IMG/VR virus record: IMGVR_UViG_3300025131_000516
Reading direction: 5' to 3' (one strand)
Origin: a virus
DNA: 20,990 nt
Every line of letters starts with the position of its first letter. Positions within the stretch are counted from its first letter, which is position 1. Position numbers and translations under genes: made by a program. Below the pieces are notes generated by a model, which was not told the origin of the DNA, did no database searches, and saw nothing but the letters and a program-made list of their open reading frames with translations. This document shows, one piece after another, positions 16,488-20,990 of this stretch.

Positions 16488-16862
16488 TTAACCAGACAAC
16501 AGCTTTGCTTTCTTGGACATTTTGCGGTTCATGCCGTAAGACTCACGTGCGTTCTGAATAACTTCCATATCAGCATATAAATCCTTGAAGTCGTCTTGAA
16601 TAGCGTCTTCTAGTGCTAATGCGTCATCTCTGTTCATTTCAGTATGAGCTTGAATCATCACGTTCTCTAGGAATTGCAATACAGCTTTAGCTATCTGCTC
16701 TTCATCCCACGCATACCTGTCTTGCTTACGTACAGCTAGGGCTTGTATGCCTACGCCTAACGCTTGCTTTAAGGACTCAATGCTTATGACTCTGGGAGCA
16801 CGCCACCGCTTAAGAGCACGACCACCCTTGTAGTCGAATGCTTTAAACTTGATTATTGCGAT
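16488..16862 (-). CDS. First early gene, about 124 aa, probably with a non-AUG start (IAIIKFKAFDYKGGRALKRW...)
   Basis: The frame of the track's 63-aa ORF stays open 61 codons further, up to an in-frame TAA at 16865-16863. The first codon ATC lies 8 nt after GGAG. Protein-like composition throughout. Confidence 0.65.
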   Translation of the reverse strand: MAIIKFKAFDYKGGRALKRWRAPRVISIESLKQALGVGIQALAVRKQDRYAWDEEQIAKAVLQFLENVMIQAHTEMNRDDALALEDAIQDDFKDLYADMEVIQNARESYGMNRKMSKKAKLLSG

Positions 16863-17010
16863 TTAATCATCTCCATTTCTGTATAATTATCTATACAAAT
16901 ACTTTTAAAAAACATAAACTACGTTTTAACGTAAATTCTATTTACGAAAAACCACTTTTAAGTGGTGTACCCCCAAAACAAGAGTGTCTTTCAAAATGCT
17001 ACAATTTTTC

Positions 17011-17040
17011 TTGAAAAGAACCTGGGGATACCCTTAAATT
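17011..17040 (+). promoter_or_regulatory. Putative late promoter TTGAAA-18-TAAATT giving a probably leaderless mRNA
   Basis: The -10-like hexamer ends 6 nt before ATG 17047; no SD sequence in between. Confidence 0.5.
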
Positions 17041-17046
17041 AGATAC

Positions 17047-17253
17047 ATGAAGGACGGTTACATAACATCAAAGCAATTATCTGGCAAAGAAGGTTTAACT
17101 GGAGTAGCTGCTCGTGAGGCTGAGCAAGAAGACCGTGAATTTGATAAAGTTATCCTAGAAATGGCTGCTGAAATACTAAAAGAAAAGAAAGAAAAGAAAG
17201 AAAGTAATATAAAGAAAGAAAAGAAAGAAAAGAAAACAGTTGCTAACAGTTAA
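17047..17253 (+). CDS. Highly charged hypothetical protein (68 aa) with KEK repeats
   Basis: First ORF of the + strand block; C-terminal KEKKEKKESNIKKEKKEKK. Confidence 0.6.
   Translation: MKDGYITSKQLSGKEGLTGVAAREAEQEDREFDKVILEMAAEILKEKKEKKESNIKKEKKEKKTVANS
17178..17235 (+). repeat. Purine-rich low-complexity repeat (AAAG/AAAAG units in two blocks)
   Basis: Two A/G-only blocks separated by TAATAT. Confidence 0.8.
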
Positions 17254-17268
17254 ACAGTTATATGCCTT

Positions 17269-17475
17269 ATGTCTTCAATTTCAATAGAGTGGTTAGCCCA
17301 ATTGCCTTATGAAGAGCAAGAGCGAGTACTCTCTAGGTTAGCTTCTGCGGATGAAGAACTATCCCCAATTGAGATTAATGGTAAAAGGTTTTATATCCCC
17401 ACCGAGGTTATAGGATTGATTGATTCTCTCTGGGCTCAATTAGGAAATACAGACCCCTTCCCTCAATCAGGATGA
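17269..17475 (+). CDS. Hypothetical protein (68 aa)
   Basis: ATGA overlap with the TerS-like start. Confidence 0.7.
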   Translation: MSSISIEWLAQLPYEEQERVLSRLASADEELSPIEINGKRFYIPTEVIGLIDSLWAQLGNTDPFPQSG

Positions 17476-18239
17476 AGTCAAATACCATCAAAAAAAAGGA
17501 ACATTTTGTTTATGAACACATTTCTGAATTTTATAAAGACCATCCTGATATCACCCCAGTAGAGGACTGGAGAGATGGCAAAGAGGGAGATTGGGTATGG
17601 AGTGACGATGGGAATATCCTTCAATTACTCAAAGTGAATAGCATCTCTCATCCAAAAGATTCAAAAAATTATAAATATGCAAAGGGGTATGTTAGGACTG
17701 TTGTGGGTACTTTTATTATAGATTCTAAGAATTTCATGGATTCCGATTTTACAAGACATCCGAATAGATATACTTTCTCTAGAACTATCACTAATCCTAA
17801 TAAAAGAGTAAAAGAAAGAAAGAGCGTTACTAATAAAGAAAAGTTATTTGCTACAAATGTAGCCGTAGGGATGGGTGCAGTTAAAGCTTATATGGATGCC
17901 TATGAAGAGGATTCCCCAGATAAAGCAAAAAGAAAAGCAGTCGTCCTTTTAAAACAGGAGCGTGTAATGAAAGAAGTTGAGAGGGGTGTACAGGATATTG
18001 CTAAATCTTTAGGGATAAACCATGAGTACATCTTAAATAATCTAAAAGTCTTAGCTGAAACATCAGCTGATGAAAATATTGCCCTTCAATCCTTAAAAGA
18101 ACTAGGTAAGGCGATAGGGACTCTAGGAACTGGCGTTAAGAAAATAGAGCAGGGAATTGTCGGAATGTTTCAAGGGTTCTCCCCTGAGCAAATAGAAAAA
18201 GCGGAGAGAAAGATTCTTAGCTCAGGGAAGGAGGTATAA
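17472..18239 (+). CDS. terS: Terminase small subunit-like protein with N-terminal extension (255 aa)
   Basis: 'TNKEKLFATNVAVGMGAVKAYMDAY...AKRKAVVLLKQERVMKEV...GINHEYILNNLKVLAE' follows the Terminase_2 HTH + helical pattern; upstream of TerL. Confidence 0.65.
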   Translation: MKSNTIKKKEHFVYEHISEFYKDHPDITPVEDWRDGKEGDWVWSDDGNILQLLKVNSISHPKDSKNYKYAKGYVRTVVGTFIIDSKNFMDSDFTRHPNRYTFSRTITNPNKRVKERKSVTNKEKLFATNVAVGMGAVKAYMDAYEEDSPDKAKRKAVVLLKQERVMKEVERGVQDIAKSLGINHEYILNNLKVLAETSADENIALQSLKELGKAIGTLGTGVKKIEQGIVGMFQGFSPEQIEKAERKILSSGKEV

Positions 18240-19123
18240 TGGTTTGTCCACATTGTACTTCTATGTACACCAAAAAAGATGGTAAGGGGAAAAGCAAAGA
18301 CAAGATTTTCCAAAAGTTCAAATGTAATTCTTGTCTAAAGTATTTTTCTATAGTCATAGATACTGAAGTAAAAGAATATAATAATCCGACTATTAAGCCT
18401 GGTGAGATTTTTTCGTATGCTTCAGAGGGTGTAATTCGTGTGCATTGCCTTACTGATATCCACGTAGGGGCTCATGAGTTTGATTTCAAGAAGTTTAGTG
18501 AGGCTGTCTCGATAATATCTAAAGACCCAAATGCGGTTTGGTTTGGTAACGGAGATTTAATTGAATTGATTCCTCCTCACTATAAAATATCTCAAAGAGG
18601 ACAAGCAATCCTTCCTGATGACCAGTATCTTGCTTTTCTGAGATTGGTTGCTCCAATCAAAGATAAATGCTTATTTATCCGTGGGGGCAATCATGATTTT
18701 CTCCGTAGTTTTAACATACTAGATTTTGATGTTTGTAAGACTCTTGCGGCTGAATTGAACGTACCTTACTATCAATATCCAGGGTATTCAAGAATTAAAG
18801 TTAAGGAAAAGGAATGGTTTCTTGTTAGTGGACACGGTAAAAGCTGTGCAAAAAATGGCGACCTCGAATTGGATAAATTGGCAGCTGTTTACTCCGAAGG
18901 TGATGTATTTGTACTCGGTCATAATCACCAGCTCTATGCTAAACCTGTTGATTCGATTATGGTTGATGGCGATGAAGAAGCTCTTAAGCGTCGTTGGTAT
19001 GTAAGGGGAGGTTCTTTCTTGCGATACGCTGAGTATGCACGATATTCGATGTATCCTGTCATAAGAACTGGATGGATTACTATGGAGTTTTCTGAGGGTA
19101 AGGTGAAGTGCTGGGAAAATTAA
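18239..19123 (+). CDS. Calcineurin-like metallophosphoesterase with N-terminal Zn ribbon
   Basis: CPHC...CNSC, then LTDIHVG (DxH), GNGDLIE (GD), GGNHD (GNH), SGHG and GHNH. Confidence 0.85.
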   Translation: MVCPHCTSMYTKKDGKGKSKDKIFQKFKCNSCLKYFSIVIDTEVKEYNNPTIKPGEIFSYASEGVIRVHCLTDIHVGAHEFDFKKFSEAVSIISKDPNAVWFGNGDLIELIPPHYKISQRGQAILPDDQYLAFLRLVAPIKDKCLFIRGGNHDFLRSFNILDFDVCKTLAAELNVPYYQYPGYSRIKVKEKEWFLVSGHGKSCAKNGDLELDKLAAVYSEGDVFVLGHNHQLYAKPVDSIMVDGDEEALKRRWYVRGGSFLRYAEYARYSMYPVIRTGWITMEFSEGKVKCWEN

Positions 19124-19255
19124 ATGTATCTTAATGATGAGTACAAGCCTAAGAAAAATGGGAAAAAGACTAGGCAAGGAGAAGGAAGATGTTCAAAGTT
19201 TGGTATAAAAGGAAGTAAGAAGTATTATCGTAAAAAGAAAAGAGGACAAGGATGA
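19124..19255 (+). CDS. 43-aa very basic protein MYLNDEYKPKKNGKKTRQGEGRCSKFGIKGSKKYYRKKKRGQG (not in ORF track)
   Basis: Starts directly after the phosphoesterase stop and ends in an ATGA overlap. The KKTRQG...RGQG pattern resembles a small protein family I recall from aquatic phages. Confidence 0.75.
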   Translation: MYLNDEYKPKKNGKKTRQGEGRCSKFGIKGSKKYYRKKKRGQG

Positions 19256-19485
19256 GTAAACATCCAAATAGAAGCCCTATAACAAAACATCATCTTATAC
19301 GTTCAATAAAGGGTTTGGTGAATTGGTCTCAAGTATCAAGTTTAAGACAAGATGATTTAGAGAGGGTCTTCGAGGATTATATCGAGTATAAAAAGGATAT
19401 GAAGGGTTTTAAGAAATTCATAGATGGCAAATATAAACAGCCAAAACGTAAACGAAGCCGAAAAAGCACTACTCCTAGCGAGTAA
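19252..19485 (+). CDS. Basic hypothetical protein (77 aa)
   Basis: Coupled to the upstream gene; overlaps the TerL start by 62 nt. Confidence 0.65.
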   Translation: MSKHPNRSPITKHHLIRSIKGLVNWSQVSSLRQDDLERVFEDYIEYKKDMKGFKKFIDGKYKQPKRKRSRKSTTPSE

Positions 19486-20986
19486 AGATTTAATAGCGTT
19501 TGGTAAACTATTCTTACCAGATGACTTTATGCGCTCTGAGACTCCAGCCTTTCATTACGAGATGGCTGATTCTATTGATGATAAAGAGGTGAAGCAGCTT
19601 GCTATTATCTTACCCAGAGGGCACGGTAAAACTGTCCTAACCAAATGTTCAATCATTAAAGATTTTGCATTTTGCCCTAAAGATGATATGCATTTCTATG
19701 CTTGGGTGTCTGCTACTCAGAAATTGTCAGTAGGCAATATGGATTACATCAAATATCACTTTGAATACAACGAAAGAATAAAGTATTTCTTTGGAAATTT
19801 AAAGGGTAGAAAATGGACAGAGGAAGATATAGAGTTAGAAAATGGCTGCAAACTTATTTCAAAATCTAATGTCGCGGGAATTCGTGGAGGAGCGAAACTC
19901 CATAAACGGTACGACCTCATATGCCTTGATGACTTCGAGCACGAACAAAACACTATCACAGTTGATGCTAGAGCTAAAAATGCTAATCTGGTCACTGCTG
20001 TTGTATATCCCGCTCTTGAGCCTCATACTGGTAGGCTCCGTGTTAACGGTACTCCTGTTCATTATGATTCCTTTATCAACAATCTTATCATTAATTTTGA
20101 ACGTAATAAAAAGAAAAAAGAAGAATTTGCATGGAAGGTAGTCACATATAAAGCCATACTCCCAAATGGGAGTGTGCTTTGGCCTTCGTTTTTTCCATCT
20201 AGTAAGTTAGAAGAGAAGAAGAAGTTTTACAGAGATTCAGGACAACCTGCGAAGTTCTTCCAAGAATATATGATGGAAGTTCAATCAGAAGAGGACTCTG
20301 TATGGAGAAGACAACATATAAAATATTGGGAGGGATTTTATGAAAACGAAGAAGGCGTTAACTATATACATATCGACGGGGAAAAGATTCCTGTTAATAC
20401 GTTCATCGGTTGTGACCCTGCTACTGATATTGACACTAAAGACTCTGATTTTAGCGTTATTATGGTTATCGCTGTGGACGTTAATAATAATCTATATGTC
20501 CTAGAGTATGAAAGACATCGTTCTATTCCAACCATAGGGGCAAAGGGACAAGATGGGGAACCTATAGAAAAGAAAGGTGTAGTAGATTATATTATAGAAC
20601 TTTATAACAAATATCATTGTACATCTGCTACGGTTGAAGATGTGGCTATGAACCGTTCAATTTTCCAGGCATTAAATGATGAAAGAAGACGTATAAATCG
20701 TTTTGATATTGCTGTAATTCCTGAAAAACCAGGGGGGACTAATAAAAGAAACAGAATTTATAGTGGTTTAAGTGGTAGATTCAGTATGGGAACAGTACAT
20801 ATAAGAGAGAATATGTTTGATTTAAGCAACGAAATACTTACTTTCGGCCCTAGAATGGCTCACGATGACACCATTGAAACACTTTATTACGCAAATTTGC
20901 ACTCATTTCCACCTAATTATTCTCAGAATAAAGAGAAAAAGTGGTTTAAACCAGTAAGAAAAGCAAAGAATTGGATAGTAGCATGA
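19424..20986 (+). CDS. terL: Terminase large subunit (complete, 520 aa)
   Basis: Walker A LPRGHGKT, Walker B LICLDDFE, motif III NGTP, FFQEYM, nuclease IGCDPA / DFSVI and HDDTIET. Confidence 0.93.
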   Translation: MANINSQNVNEAEKALLLASKDLIAFGKLFLPDDFMRSETPAFHYEMADSIDDKEVKQLAIILPRGHGKTVLTKCSIIKDFAFCPKDDMHFYAWVSATQKLSVGNMDYIKYHFEYNERIKYFFGNLKGRKWTEEDIELENGCKLISKSNVAGIRGGAKLHKRYDLICLDDFEHEQNTITVDARAKNANLVTAVVYPALEPHTGRLRVNGTPVHYDSFINNLIINFERNKKKKEEFAWKVVTYKAILPNGSVLWPSFFPSSKLEEKKKFYRDSGQPAKFFQEYMMEVQSEEDSVWRRQHIKYWEGFYENEEGVNYIHIDGEKIPVNTFIGCDPATDIDTKDSDFSVIMVIAVDVNNNLYVLEYERHRSIPTIGAKGQDGEPIEKKGVVDYIIELYNKYHCTSATVEDVAMNRSIFQALNDERRRINRFDIAVIPEKPGGTNKRNRIYSGLSGRFSMGTVHIRENMFDLSNEILTFGPRMAHDDTIETLYYANLHSFPPNYSQNKEKKWFKPVRKAKNWIVA

Positions 20987-20990
20987 CGCA

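Noticed and set aside
17178-17235. Purine repeat as a regulatory or array element
   Set aside because: It is in frame within the 68-aa ORF and simply encodes K/E repeats; probably slippage-derived.
255-20141. Antisense/alternate-frame ORFs of the track (255-584, 1580-1789, 2545-2760, 4964-5446, 5885-6100, 6999-7214, 9593-9868, 14539-14787, 18788-19177, 18822-19004, 19756-19995, 19842-20141, 19859-20062)
   Set aside because: All are nested in well-supported genes, lack RBSs and have the S/L/I/F-rich composition of shadow ORFs.
1-20990. Alternative genetic code (stop-codon reassignment)
   Set aside because: Long genes are intact in code 11, and TAA, TGA and TAG all fall at coupled gene ends.

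Overview
AT-rich tailed-phage (Caudoviricetes-like) genome segment in the standard genetic code, with no integrase, tRNA or CRISPR array visible. Layout: (1) end of a + strand virion module (partial ORF and a 922-aa protein, 1-3570). (2) A convergent, tightly coupled - strand early/replication operon (3647-16862): RuvC-like resolvase, DnaB helicase, Dam-family methyltransferase, DUF932, DUF669-like SSB, DUF1071/Sak3-like annealing protein, Cas4-like Fe-S nuclease, HTH protein, ParB-like DGQHR protein and many small ORFs. (3) A divergent + strand packaging module (17047-20986): TerS-like protein, Zn-ribbon metallophosphoesterase and complete TerL. The most unusual feature is about 1.55 kb without a credible gene (about 14946-16487) that is packed with GNRA/UUCG-capped, G-U-rich helices that fold preferentially on the - strand, a candidate giant phage ncRNA. 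Also notable: three tandem stem-closed non-coding cassettes (9246-9509); apparent total absence of GATC and CCGG despite a Dam-family gene; two genes that appear to need non-AUG starts; and several small ORFs missed by the ORF track. All motif scans and folds were done by eye.
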